A stretch of 64,000 nt of DNA from a virus, in IMG/VR virus record IMGVR_UViG_3300025000_000077, positions 1 through 64,000 of that record; one strand, written 5' to 3'. Positions within the stretch are counted from its first letter, which is position 1. Each line of letters opens with the position of its first letter. Made by a program: the position numbers and the translations under genes. This document shows, in pieces, positions 47,847 through 57,729 of the stretch. A model generated the notes under the pieces. That model was given only the letters and a program-made list of their open reading frames with translations, was not told where the DNA came from and made no database searches.

Positions 47847-47889
47847 AACATATGTGGTATAAATTAAAAGTTGAACGGAGCAAACAATT

Positions 47890-48045
47890 ATGAAAGTCGC
47901 ATATCTCAGAAAAGCAAACCCAGACGCCGTAAAAAGAATAACATCCTATCCGATCCAAAAGCACGGCAATCTATTTTTCGAGGGATTATTTATCTCCGCG
48001 CTGATTGCCGACCCACTCAGAATGAATCTAATAGAGGCGGTTTGA
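47890..48045 (+). CDS. Small hypothetical protein (51 aa, not in ORF track)
   Basis: MKVAYLRKANPDAVKR..., motif 8 nt upstream. Confidence 0.5.
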   Translation: MKVAYLRKANPDAVKRITSYPIQKHGNLFFEGLFISALIADPLRMNLIEAV

Positions 48046-48181
48046 ATGCCCGCTGAGGATTCTGATTTCTGGAATAATCCTGAATACTGTTTTTTCAGAC
48101 CCGTTGGGTTATGTGAACATCCAGAAACAAGGGCGATGGAGAGTGTAATAAGAGAAATTGTCCATTTGAGGATGGGATATA

Positions 48182-48607
48182 ATGACTGAAATTAGAGTTT
48201 TAGCAGTCAGGCAACCCTGGGCAAGTCTCATTGTAGAGGGTTTAAAAACAATTGAAGTGAGAAGCAAACCTACGAATATTCGTGAGAGGGTGGCGATTTA
48301 TGCGAGCCGTAACTACAACAGAGAAGATTTCCTAAAGTTGCGGGAAAATCCAAATTATATTATGAGATCATGGGATTTTGGAAAGATTTTAGGAACTGTT
48401 GAAATTGTTGCTTCGTCTGGTTGCAACGATGAAGTTGAATACGCACTGAATAAAAGAGAACATTCAGCACCAGATGAGTATTTCAATGAAGGAAAAACCT
48501 ATTTTTGGCATTTAAGAAGACCTGTTAAATTCGAAACACCGATTCCCTACAAACCACCAAAGGGCGCGGTTGTGTGGTCAAAAACAGAACTACCGGAGGG
48601 ATATTAA
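48182..48607 (+). CDS. ASCH domain protein
   Basis: LAVRQPWASLIVEGLKTIEVR...VAIYAS...GKILGTVEI. Confidence 0.92.
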   Translation: MTEIRVLAVRQPWASLIVEGLKTIEVRSKPTNIRERVAIYASRNYNREDFLKLRENPNYIMRSWDFGKILGTVEIVASSGCNDEVEYALNKREHSAPDEYFNEGKTYFWHLRRPVKFETPIPYKPPKGAVVWSKTELPEGY

Positions 48608-48849
48608 TGCCAGCATTTGAATTAGAAACTGAACTTTTTGATTATTATAGAAAACATGCCGGGAAACTAGGATGTAAACAGTGCTTTGACGAAAAGAAGG
48701 ACGAGATTAGGGCAATGAACCGAGAGGGGGCGGACGGGGGCCCTAACTGTCTATGTAAGGTCGATACCCCCTGCCCATGTGATGACGTTGAAATAGATCT
48801 CCTCGTAGATGGGATATGTTATTGTGAGATTTTCGTGTTGGATTGCTAA
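48607..48849 (+). CDS. Ferredoxin-thioredoxin reductase catalytic-subunit-like Fe-S protein
   Basis: GGPNCLCK...PCPC...DGICYCEIF matches the FTR CPC/CPC/CHC triad. Confidence 0.7.
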   Translation: MPAFELETELFDYYRKHAGKLGCKQCFDEKKDEIRAMNREGADGGPNCLCKVDTPCPCDDVEIDLLVDGICYCEIFVLDC

Positions 48850-48901
48850 GAATTTTGAAATTACCGAATGATTTTTTTGAAAACTGAACGGAGCTATTGA
48901 T

Positions 48902-49426
48902 ATGATAATTGCATTCGAAGGCGCGGACAAATTAGGAAAAACAACTCAGGCTAAATTATTGGCCGAGAAATTGAACTGTAAATATATTAAATTCCCGAAT
49001 GAAGAATTATACAGTGGGAAAATAATAAGACAGATTATTAATAAAGAACTTCCATTCGAGCCGGTTTCGTTTCAAGCGTTGCAGACTATGAACCGGTTAG
49101 AAACCTTTGAAAATATCGATTTCGAACAGTTGTATATATTCGACAGATACAAACTATCCGGGGTTGTTTACGGGCTGGCTGACGGCCTCCCGGAAGAATG
49201 GATCAGAGAAGTTTGTGATTTGTTGCCGGACCCTGATTACACGATCGTTTTTACCGGCGAATCGTATGGAAAGGACTCGGATATCTACGGTGAAAAACAG
49301 TATAAGATCAGACAGTTGTATCATAATGAAATTGTTGTATATAGATATCCGTGGATTGATGTGAGTGGCCGAACCATTGAAGAGGTACATGGTGAAATTT
49401 TAAAGATGGTGGAGGGGGTATTATGA
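48902..49426 (+). CDS. tmk: Thymidylate kinase
   Basis: IIAFEGADKLGKTTQ, KFP, FDRY..S...Y, PDPD. Confidence 0.92.
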   Translation: MIIAFEGADKLGKTTQAKLLAEKLNCKYIKFPNEELYSGKIIRQIINKELPFEPVSFQALQTMNRLETFENIDFEQLYIFDRYKLSGVVYGLADGLPEEWIREVCDLLPDPDYTIVFTGESYGKDSDIYGEKQYKIRQLYHNEIVVYRYPWIDVSGRTIEEVHGEILKMVEGVL

Positions 49427-50154
49427 CCCTCACGATAATCAAAACTTTTAGTTCAGATGATATTGATCAACTTAACGAAGAATTGTGGAGAACGATATAT
49501 CAAAAGGGGAATCCTCTCGTATTCGGGAAGCAGGACGAAACTAAAGCCGCTAGAGAAGTTTTTGCAATAATTCAGTTGTATGGGAAGGCTCTTGAGAAAT
49601 TATACAATGGTGAGCTTCCTAAAGGGTGGATGTTTGGGAAAGAAGCCAATAAGATTTATATTGAGATGCTGGAAGATCCTGATAGAGGAGAACAGCCTTA
49701 TACTTACGGTGAACGGCTTCATGGATACACTACTTGGAGTGAAACATCTGAATATGTTTCTTACGTGGATCAGATGGATGAATGCAAGATAGAGCTTGAA
49801 GAAACTATTAAATCAGGGATTCAAAATAATAGAATTTGTGGAGTTATTTGGAATCCGCTTGATATCTTTCTGAAAAATCCGCCTTGTTTTAATTGGTTCC
49901 AGCTCCGCACATCAGAAACTAATAAAGTATCTCTCCGTGTTCTATTTAGATCACACGACTACGGAAACGCTAATTTTGCGAATTTTGGAGCCATTATAAG
50001 AGCATTCCAGGATGAAGTAATCAGGCCAGCCGGGGGAATCCTCGAAGAGTTGATTTGTGTTTCAACGTCTGCCCATTTGTATAATAATGATTTAGATATG
50101 GTTGAAAATCTCATTGGGAAAGTTCCTGAGCATATCAGGAGGCTCTTAAAATGA
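49423..50154 (+). CDS. thyA: Thymidylate synthase (archaeal ThyA type)
   Basis: YTYGERL, WNP..D, PPC, FRSHD, ANF, SAHLY. Confidence 0.9.
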   Translation: MTLTIIKTFSSDDIDQLNEELWRTIYQKGNPLVFGKQDETKAAREVFAIIQLYGKALEKLYNGELPKGWMFGKEANKIYIEMLEDPDRGEQPYTYGERLHGYTTWSETSEYVSYVDQMDECKIELEETIKSGIQNNRICGVIWNPLDIFLKNPPCFNWFQLRTSETNKVSLRVLFRSHDYGNANFANFGAIIRAFQDEVIRPAGGILEELICVSTSAHLYNNDLDMVENLIGKVPEHIRRLLK

Positions 50155-50336
50155 TCCCACATCTCGAAACTCAGATACTCCACTACAAAGGGCTACGGGA
50201 AACCGGAACACAAAAACAATGCAAATGTGAGAGGTGCGGGACGTGGGGGCAGTGGCGGGGATACAGAGAGGAATTTTTAGAAGGGCGGCAGGGCCATGTT
50301 AGATGGGTATGTGCGGATTGCTTGGAGGTTGAGTGA
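50151..50336 (+). CDS. Small zinc-finger protein
   Basis: CERCG...VCADC. Confidence 0.55.
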   Translation: MIPHLETQILHYKGLRETGTQKQCKCERCGTWGQWRGYREEFLEGRQGHVRWVCADCLEVE

Positions 50337-51211
50337 TGCCGACTGAAATTCCCACATTCGAGGACATTGTAATAAAACATCGTTTGATCCAATTTTCGAA
50401 CGGAGATAAAGAAGAACTTGAAGAACTCTTAAGCATTTATTACGATGAGAAATGCACTATCAAAGTGGAAATCCCCGGCAATGAAAACAGGAAAGCTTAT
50501 TCCGAGGACGAAATAGGTTTTAAACCCGTACCGATGCCGAAAAAGTCCACAAAAAAAGGAAAAGAGGAAGAATCACAGACAGGTGACTATTCATTCCAAT
50601 TTTCAAATGAGACAGGCATTGAAAAACGTTTGAAAATCCGGTTTGAGAGGAAGAGCGTAGAGGATTTTTGCGGGACTGTAATAAATAATTGGGGTCGGTT
50701 TTTGGCGGAATTGGAAAGAGCCAGATTCAATCCTGAAATTGAAGATTTTAGAATAGTGGTGGAGGGCGATAGGCTTCAGGCCCTTACGTTTTTTTTCCCA
50801 TATCCTAAAATATGCAAATATTGTGAGAGTATCGGGTACAGGATGGAAAATAAAAAAAGGAAGTATTATTGTCGGATAACCGGAAAGGATGTAAATTACA
50901 ATTCGAATTGTAGGCAGTTGAGAGTCAAGAAGCGGAGTCCAAAACAGATCGCTCAACTGATATCATTCAAAAGAAAGAAAATCGGGCTGATCGAGGCGAT
51001 GGGCTTTCCTATTGAATGGTGTGGGAGCCGGGGGGAGGCAGCGACCCACATAAATGTGGCGGTGAAACAGTATTTTATAGTTCATTATGAGGAGATTTTA
51101 GGTTTGAATGCGGGTTTTAAGTTGGTTGGGGAGGATAAGGACACTTTGACTTTTAAGGCGGATGGGACTATATTTCGGGTGTTGAAAACAGCAGTGGACG
51201 TCCTAGCATGA
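50333..51211 (+). CDS. ERCC4/XPF-like nuclease (possible junction resolvase)
   Basis: TGDYS...FERKSVEDF...RFLAELERA...IVVEG. Confidence 0.8.
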   Translation: MMPTEIPTFEDIVIKHRLIQFSNGDKEELEELLSIYYDEKCTIKVEIPGNENRKAYSEDEIGFKPVPMPKKSTKKGKEEESQTGDYSFQFSNETGIEKRLKIRFERKSVEDFCGTVINNWGRFLAELERARFNPEIEDFRIVVEGDRLQALTFFFPYPKICKYCESIGYRMENKKRKYYCRITGKDVNYNSNCRQLRVKKRSPKQIAQLISFKRKKIGLIEAMGFPIEWCGSRGEAATHINVAVKQYFIVHYEEILGLNAGFKLVGEDKDTLTFKADGTIFRVLKTAVDVLA

Positions 51212-51555
51212 AAGGCAAAAACCACGAAAGAGCCGGCCTCATTTTTCTCTTTTTTTCTTCTATTTTTTTGGCTGCACAGCATTCTATTCGAGTAGTGCTC
51301 ATATGGGCTGTGTTTGTTTATATTTTTACAAAGTATATAACCCCGGATCTCGACACGAATTCAAGATCACGAAAACGACTCGGCGCGCTTGGGTGGGTAA
51401 TAGACAGGTGCTTTGGACATCGGGGCTGGCTGCATAGATACTGGTTATGGCCTTTATTGTTCATTCCTTTGTATTTGGCGTTCGGGTGGGTATCCCTTGG
51501 CGGGCTGTCTGCTGTTTATTTGCATCTGATTTGTGATGGGTTGAGTCCGTTTTAA
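51208..51555 (+). CDS. DUF2227-like metal-binding membrane protein
   Basis: MKGKNH, TPDLD, HRGWLH, LHLICD and TM segments. Confidence 0.7.
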   Translation: MKGKNHERAGLIFLFFSSIFLAAQHSIRVVLIWAVFVYIFTKYITPDLDTNSRSRKRLGALGWVIDRCFGHRGWLHRYWLWPLLFIPLYLAFGWVSLGGLSAVYLHLICDGLSPF

Positions 51556-51655
51556 TTTTTTTGTTTGTTTATTTGCGTTAAGTATATATAGTATCGATGT
51601 GTAGTTAGTAACTAGAAGCACATTACAAGGACTGACACATAAGAGGGTTTGAAAC

Positions 51656-51883
51656 ATGCAGAAAATTGAAAGAGATACAATTCACAGAATCGCCGATGAA
51701 CTCACTATAAGAAAATACGATTCCGCAGTCGAGCTTTCAAAGAGTTACTATTTTAGCAAGTGGGCTTCTGAATTCTCCCAGGGAGACGAAGATATAGAAC
51801 AGAGGCTCTTTGATGAGAATGATGAAATTACTAAATTTGTGTACAAATTGGCAAAAAAATACGGGATTGAAATAGAAGAATGA
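51656..51883 (+). CDS. Small hypothetical protein
   Basis: First gene after the promoter cassette. Confidence 0.65.
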   Translation: MQKIERDTIHRIADELTIRKYDSAVELSKSYYFSKWASEFSQGDEDIEQRLFDENDEITKFVYKLAKKYGIEIEE

Positions 51884-51898
51884 GGAGTTGAAAAGAAA

Positions 51899-52096
51899 AT
51901 GAACCACAGGGAACTGCATAAAAAAGTCAGAGCCATGAAAAACACTAAACTTGTCGAAAGAAACGAAGAACTGTATGGATTAATCATAAAACTTGTAGTT
52001 GATGTAGTCGAAGAAAAGGACGATGCCGGTAGGAAAGAACATTTAGAAAAAGACCTTGAAGAATATAGGACATGTGAAAATGCGAGGGGGAATTGA
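51899..52096 (+). CDS. Small hypothetical protein
   Basis: GAGGAG RBS. Confidence 0.6.
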   Translation: MNHRELHKKVRAMKNTKLVERNEELYGLIIKLVVDVVEEKDDAGRKEHLEKDLEEYRTCENARGN

Positions 52097-52341
52097 ATAA
52101 ATGAAACCTAGAGAATATCCACTTCATAAAACGAAACCTAGAAACATTACTATAAAAAATGTAATTGCTGAAACGGCTGGGAAAATAACTGAGAGAGGTT
52201 TTGTTTATGTAACAACTGATCCCGATTTGATCGGAAAGAAGGTTACTATCCTAATTGAAGAGTTTTAATTTTTTTCTTCTTTTTATTTGCGTTAAGTATT
52301 TATAGTTTCGATGTATATTTAGTATATAGAGGTACGATAAA

Positions 52342-52542
52342 ATGGCAACAAAAGACAAAAAAATCCAAGCTGCAATAAAAAGCGCAAAAAGCAAAAATGA
52401 AGTTTACCAAATCCTGGAACATTTCAGACTCCCCGCCAGTGAAGAACGGAAAATAGTAAATGCCTGGCAGAATGTGCAAGAAATGCTTATAAGACATGAA
52501 CAGGGGGCTTATTATACCCCCTCAACCCAGGCGGTGGCCTGA
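52342..52542 (+). CDS. Small hypothetical protein
   Basis: First gene after the second promoter cassette, GAGGT RBS. Confidence 0.65.
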   Translation: MATKDKKIQAAIKSAKSKNEVYQILEHFRLPASEERKIVNAWQNVQEMLIRHEQGAYYTPSTQAVA

Positions 52543-53130
52543 ATGGTGACTCGAAAGGAGGCTAGAATGTGGGGGTGTTTGAACTGCACGAAGGATGTTT
52601 TTGTGGCAGTGGAGATATGTCAGGCTTTCGGGCTTGGGAAGGAAGAAGAGGAGAGAGCTCTGAGCTTGTGGGATAGTAAGAGGAGAATTGTGAGGAATTC
52701 AAGGAGGGCTGTAGTTTGAAATCGTGTGGTGGTTGCCTTCATTGGGTCCGGGTTGATGTCCCTGAGCAAATAATGGGGTACTGTCCGAAGCAGGGAAAGA
52801 GACGGCATCGGGATGGGGATTGTGATAAGTACGAGGTGCGTTTAGAATGACTGAATGCGAAGGTGACTGTGAAAACTGCCCTTATGGGCTTCAAAGCCAG
52901 ATGGAATGTCAGGATTTATATGAGGAATGGTTAGCGGAACGAAGGAAACTATAAACGAATATGAATAACTGTCCTTTTTGTGATGATTCCTGGTTTTTTC
53001 ATTCGGGGGAGGTATGTGTTTTCATTTATACATTTTTATTTTATTTTTTCGATGGTTAGGAAGTTTTATATACACGGTGGTACATAGTAAGTACTGTAAT
53101 GGTACAGTGTACCGGTGGAAAGGTGAAAGA

Positions 53131-53289
53131 ATGTCGAGATCTGAAAAGAAAACAATAACCGTAGATAAAGAAGACCACGAAAAAATAAGATCCATTGCTC
53201 TCAGAAATGGAATGGATATCAAGGATATGGTAATCTTCACATTTAAAAAAACGTTTCCTGGTGATTTTCCCGAAAAGGTTATTGCATAA
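53131..53289 (+). CDS. Small RHH-like regulator
   Basis: AGGTGA RBS; MSRSEKKTITVDKEDHEKIRSIALRNGMDIKDMV. Confidence 0.6.
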   Translation: MSRSEKKTITVDKEDHEKIRSIALRNGMDIKDMVIFTFKKTFPGDFPEKVIA

Positions 53290-53373
53290 ATTATAGTATA
53301 TACTATAATAATTAATTATAGTAAGTACTATAAAAAATAAATATTCAAATAACGTTGGAACGGAGCTAATAAA

Positions 53374-53883
53374 ATGGGAATAGACGAAGTTAACAGCACC
53401 CGTGGAAGAAAGAAAAAGAACACCGGGCGCGAAACACAACATGCGATATATATTGATCCGGATGTATGGGAAGCGGCTGGCCATCTGCCGGAATCCAGAC
53501 CCGATATCATCAGGCAAGCTTTTCTTGATAAAATTTCTTATTACCAGAGTGACCTCCCTAAATTAAAGTGGCAATTGGAGGACGTTCGGAAACAGATTCA
53601 ATCGTTTTTAGCTACAGAGGCAGTTATAGTTTCTCGGATTGAACAACTCGAATCGAAAGCCATTTTTGATGTAAGTGAACGAGAGAAAGACGCCGAGTTG
53701 AAGGAAACTGCGATAAAGGAAACCCTAACGATGTGCAGGGCGTTCAAAAAGAGCATGGGTTATCATCATTATTCGAAACTATCCGAGTTGTCAGGGTTTG
53801 AGGCCGCCAGGATAGAGGTTTTTTTGAAGGATTCGAAGTTCAGGCCATCCGAAGAGGCAGTGCGTGTTTTTTATACGGGGTGA
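53374..53883 (+). CDS. RHH/coiled-coil protein co-transcribed with MCM
   Basis: HAIYIDPDVWEAA...RPDIIRQAF plus coiled coil; motif 7 nt upstream. Confidence 0.6.
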   Translation: MGIDEVNSTRGRKKKNTGRETQHAIYIDPDVWEAAGHLPESRPDIIRQAFLDKISYYQSDLPKLKWQLEDVRKQIQSFLATEAVIVSRIEQLESKAIFDVSEREKDAELKETAIKETLTMCRAFKKSMGYHHYSKLSELSGFEAARIEVFLKDSKFRPSEEAVRVFYTG

Positions 53884-53887
53884 GCTG

Positions 53888-55966
53888 ATGGACAACTACC
53901 ACGACACAAAAGAAAAACTCAAAACTTTTTTTAGTCCTGGTGCATATGTTAACACGGGCAAAAACTGTAAAGATTTGAAAGCGAAGCAGTATTGGGACGA
54001 CCTGCTGGCTTTAAGTTCGAAATACCCATATGAAAAAAGTTTATATGTTGAATACAGGCACATTGAATATTTTAATAGAGAAATAGCTGACCGTTTGATA
54101 TCAGCCCCGGATGAGTGGTTCGTGGCTGCAACTGATGCTATAGCTGAGATGTCTTTTCCTACGGTGGATATGCCTAATATAAATGTCCGTGTTATTGGGT
54201 TGCCTCTTGATTTCGAAGTCGGGATATCAAAACTGAGGGGGGGACATTTGGATCGTTTCTTGGCTATCCGGTGTGTAATTTCAAAGGCTTCTGAAGTGCG
54301 CCCTGGTTATGAAGTGGCTGCTTACCAGTGCATGAGGTGCGGGCATGTTACAAAAGTTGAACAGTTGAAATACACTGACATGCGGCAAGAGCCGTATTCA
54401 GGCTGTGAAAATGACACATGCGGGAAGAAGGGCCCTTATAAAATATCAGAAGAAGAGTCTGTAAAATTTGATCACCAGTATTTGAAAATCCAGGAACCAA
54501 TCGAAAACCTCCGAGGTAAACAACCTGAATTTCTTAATGTATCATGCGCCGATGAAATAGCTGGAAGGTCGAACCCGGGTGATAAAGTAATCATAACTGG
54601 AATTTTAAAGGGGAAGCCAAAGACTGTAAAAGAGGGGGTAACTAAATATCTGGATTTCGTTTTTGTTGCCAATTCCATTGAAAAATCTGATACTGATTAT
54701 GAAAATCTTGAGATCCTGCCTGAAGAGGAAGCGCAGTTCAGACAGTGGGCAAGTGAGGGAGTATTAAAAGAAAAAATATTGAGGTCCATAGCTCCTACGA
54801 TATTTGGTCTGGAAGAAGTCAAATTGGGTTTGGCCCTGCAGATGGTCGGTGGTGTGCCAATTGATTTCGAAGACGGGACACGGAAAAGAGGAGATATCCA
54901 TATAATGTTAGTCGGTGATCCCGGCGTAGCAAAAAGTCAGTTATTAGAGTTCATTGCTAAGTATTCCCCGCGCGCCGTTAGTTTTTCAGGAAAATCAACC
55001 AGTGAGGCGGGCCTAACAGGTGGGGCCGTGAAAGATGAATTAGATGGTAAATGGTGGATTCAGCCGGGAGCCCTAACGCTTGCAGACGGTGGTGTATGTT
55101 GCGCTGACGAACTTGATAAGATGAAGACGGGGCAATTAGGATCAATCCACGAAGCACTTGAGCAACAGATGGTCCATATTAATAAAGTTGTTAAGGCTGA
55201 CCTGTGGACCCGGACTGCTTTCTTAGGAGCTGCAAATCCCAAATACGGGCGTTATGATAAATATACTCCAATAGCGGAACAGATCACACACGGAGATGCA
55301 TTTATTTCGAGGATGGACTTGCTTTTTGTCCTGCTTGATACTCCGAATGAAGCGACGGATAGGAGGCTCGCAAAGCATATTTTAGGGACTCTACGCGGGA
55401 AGGCAGACATATCAGAGCCGGGGATGAATCTTGAGCTTCTTAGGAAGTGTGTGGCTTATATTAAAACTCATGTGTTCCCGGTACTTACGGACGAATCCGA
55501 GGAAATGATAATTAACTTCTTTGTAGGGACCCGGGTTGCAGCTAATGGACGGACTGACACTGTTCCAATTACCGCGAGAACACTTGAAGCAGCTTTCCGG
55601 CTTGCGACTGCAAACGCCAGGATGAGACTATCAGATACTATAACTGAAGAAGACGCCGAAGCTGCTGTGAAATTATTATACTCTAATTTAAGGAGTGTGG
55701 GAATTGACCCGGAAACGGGGGAACTGGACGCAAACGTTATCGCGTGCGGGACTTCCATGAGTCAAGCGAAAAAACTCAGGAAATTATGTACTATAATTAA
55801 ATCACTTTCCGAGAGAGACACGGCGAAATATCAGGCTGCTCGAAAAGAGGAAATTATAGATAAGTGCATTGGAGAAGGGATTAAAGAACCTGAGAATTTG
55901 CTCAAAAAACTGAAGCAGCAGGGAGACATCTTCAGCCCGGAAGAAGGATATTATAAAGTCATGTAA
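53888..55966 (+). CDS. mcm: MCM replicative helicase
   Basis: Zn finger CMRC..C..C, RGDIHIMLVGDPGVAKSQ, GALTLADGGVCCADELDKM, HEALEQQ, AANP, SRMDL, ITARTLE; start at 53888 after GGGGTGA. Confidence 0.97.
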   Translation: MDNYHDTKEKLKTFFSPGAYVNTGKNCKDLKAKQYWDDLLALSSKYPYEKSLYVEYRHIEYFNREIADRLISAPDEWFVAATDAIAEMSFPTVDMPNINVRVIGLPLDFEVGISKLRGGHLDRFLAIRCVISKASEVRPGYEVAAYQCMRCGHVTKVEQLKYTDMRQEPYSGCENDTCGKKGPYKISEEESVKFDHQYLKIQEPIENLRGKQPEFLNVSCADEIAGRSNPGDKVIITGILKGKPKTVKEGVTKYLDFVFVANSIEKSDTDYENLEILPEEEAQFRQWASEGVLKEKILRSIAPTIFGLEEVKLGLALQMVGGVPIDFEDGTRKRGDIHIMLVGDPGVAKSQLLEFIAKYSPRAVSFSGKSTSEAGLTGGAVKDELDGKWWIQPGALTLADGGVCCADELDKMKTGQLGSIHEALEQQMVHINKVVKADLWTRTAFLGAANPKYGRYDKYTPIAEQITHGDAFISRMDLLFVLLDTPNEATDRRLAKHILGTLRGKADISEPGMNLELLRKCVAYIKTHVFPVLTDESEEMIINFFVGTRVAANGRTDTVPITARTLEAAFRLATANARMRLSDTITEEDAEAAVKLLYSNLRSVGIDPETGELDANVIACGTSMSQAKKLRKLCTIIKSLSERDTAKYQAARKEEIIDKCIGEGIKEPENLLKKLKQQGDIFSPEEGYYKVM

Positions 55967-55973
55967 GGTACAT

Positions 55974-56120
55974 TTCCAGTGGAGTTATATTATATTATAT
56001 TACATTGCTTTCTAATTAATTATAGTTATAGGTATTACTATAATTAATTAATATACATCCTATAGATAGTGTTTTTTCACTTAATTTTTTTCTTTAGTAA
56101 GTTGAGTACATTAATTATAG
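55974..56120. other. Canonical ORB core TTCCAGTGGA followed by an AT-rich tract
   Basis: TTCCAGTGGA 55974-55983, directly after the mcm stop. Confidence 0.4.
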
Positions 56121-56163
56121 TATGTACTATAATCAATTAAAAACCGATGAACGGAGCTACAAT

Positions 56164-56307
56164 ATGTATAGAAATCATGGAAAACACAATCCTGAAAAAT
56201 ACTATAATAAATGTGAGTTTACCGAATCTTTTACGAAAATCCCGGCTTTTGTCATAGTCTGCAATGCTGACGGTCCAATCAAGGAGGACGAACATGCAAC
56301 TCTCTGA
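56164..56307 (+). CDS. Small hypothetical protein
   Basis: Motif 6 nt upstream of ATG 56164. Confidence 0.5.
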   Translation: MYRNHGKHNPEKYYNKCEFTESFTKIPAFVIVCNADGPIKEDEHATL

Positions 56308-56659
56308 TTCTGTATCCCTCCTCCTGCCTGTCCCTTCCCGCGATCCAGTCACATTCACGGAACCCCCACAAGATCCTGAATTCTTCCTGGATCTAAAAAA
56401 ACACTTAAACAAACAACCGGACGCAATCAAAGAACGAATCGAATTTCATAAGAAATATCCATTCTGGTCCATATATCGAGTGCGGGATGAATTCGCTAAA
56501 TCCTACTCGGAAACATATCTCAACGATGTGATGCATTTTGCTCGCTCAAATCCTCATATGAACGCAGTAGAAGCGGCTCAGGCGTTTTGTTCGAAGTACA
56601 GGGGGTATCTTATTGTTTATGGCGTTGAACTCACAGAAAGAGCGTTCACGAGGTTGTAA
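56294..56659 (+). CDS. Hypothetical protein
   Basis: AAGGAGG RBS before ATG 56294. Confidence 0.6.
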   Translation: MQLSDSVSLLLPVPSRDPVTFTEPPQDPEFFLDLKKHLNKQPDAIKERIEFHKKYPFWSIYRVRDEFAKSYSETYLNDVMHFARSNPHMNAVEAAQAFCSKYRGYLIVYGVELTERAFTRL

Positions 56660-56985
56660 TAATGATTCTTAAAGCCCTTCTAAAACTCCTTAAAATAATA
56701 ATCCTCCATCCAAGACGCTGTGAAAACTGCCAATATTGGAGATCACCGAAGTGTTCACAGCCGTTATACTATAACGTGGTCCCCCTCTCAAAGTGCGGCA
56801 AGTGGGCACGGAGAAGCCGCTGAGTTAATTTTTACTTGAAAATGGTATGAATGTATTCGGGGTTATTTGATACGGTTAAAACAGCTTAGAATCAATATTA
56901 CTTTTATTTGAGTTCATTACGTAATTGTATTTATATGATTACAGTAAGTTATTTATAGTATTACGTAGTAGTATTAGTATAGAGG

Positions 56986-57315
56986 TTGAAACAGATGGAC
57001 TACAACGCAACAATGGAAAATGAGATTGTATTGAATGAAGAACTTAGAAATTATGCTTGCACTGCTCAACAGAAACACATGACGATTGATATAAAAATAA
57101 ACGGGCGGTGGAATATGGGGCACGCCTGTATAACTGATAAACTAATACAGTTTAATTATTCAGCAGGGGGCAAGCATCATTTCTTTACCCCTGAAGGATT
57201 CGAGCAGTTTCTTATCAAAATCCCCTCACCTGAATCAATAGAAAGGACGAACTTTAATATTTTTCACAGCAGTAAGAAGACAACGGGGCAGCTTCTAAGA
57301 TGCTCTTCTTATTAA
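56986..57315 (+). CDS. Hypothetical protein
   Basis: Own TATA promoter, GAGGT RBS; start probably 56995. Confidence 0.6.
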   Translation: MKQMDYNATMENEIVLNEELRNYACTAQQKHMTIDIKINGRWNMGHACITDKLIQFNYSAGGKHHFFTPEGFEQFLIKIPSPESIERTNFNIFHSSKKTTGQLLRCSSY

Positions 57316-57356
57316 TTCTTTTTTTGTCTTAGAGGAACTTGATAAACTATTAAAAC

Positions 57357-57542
57357 ATGAGGTTAATAATGAATAATATTTGGAGAATACTGAGTGCAAC
57401 TGGCACGGGTATAAGTTTTCAACCAAAAAATTTGATGGAATGTGGATCAATTAGATGCATTGACTGCATATATTTTGATATGTGGAGCGAAGAACTACAC
57501 AAATGCACTTCATATCTTAAGTTTCTAAACGAGGTTAAATAA
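57357..57542 (+). CDS. Small Cys-rich protein
   Basis: RCIDCIYF...C. Confidence 0.5.
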   Translation: MRLIMNNIWRILSATGTGISFQPKNLMECGSIRCIDCIYFDMWSEELHKCTSYLKFLNEVK

Positions 57543-57543
57543 A

Positions 57544-57729
57544 ATGGTTCCACCGCTAACCGAAAAACACACCCTCAAAAAAGGCTATCTCTCGTTCCAT
57601 GCAACAAAACAAGAACCTCTTATCTACTTCACCGCAAAAGCAGGAAGTAGAGGTAACATTGGTATGGGTTCATTGAACGAGGGAGAAGAATTTATTATAA
57701 TTCCGGTGAAATATTTAGGTACAGAATAA
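57544..57729 (+). CDS. Small hypothetical protein
   Basis: GAGGT RBS. Confidence 0.55.
   Translation: MVPPLTEKHTLKKGYLSFHATKQEPLIYFTAKAGSRGNIGMGSLNEGEEFIIIPVKYLGTE

Larger units (their letters stand above)
51549..52324 (+). repeat. Duplicated terminator+promoter cassette (51549-51610, 52262-52324)
   Basis: GTTTTAATTTTTTT...TTTATTTGCGTTAAGTATWTATAGTWTCGATGTRTAKTTAGTA in both copies. Confidence 0.75.

Noticed and set aside
49423-50154. dCMP hydroxymethylase / base-modification pathway
   Set aside because: Retains Asn in RSHD...ANF (dUMP specificity), and no glycosyltransferase or other modification genes are nearby.
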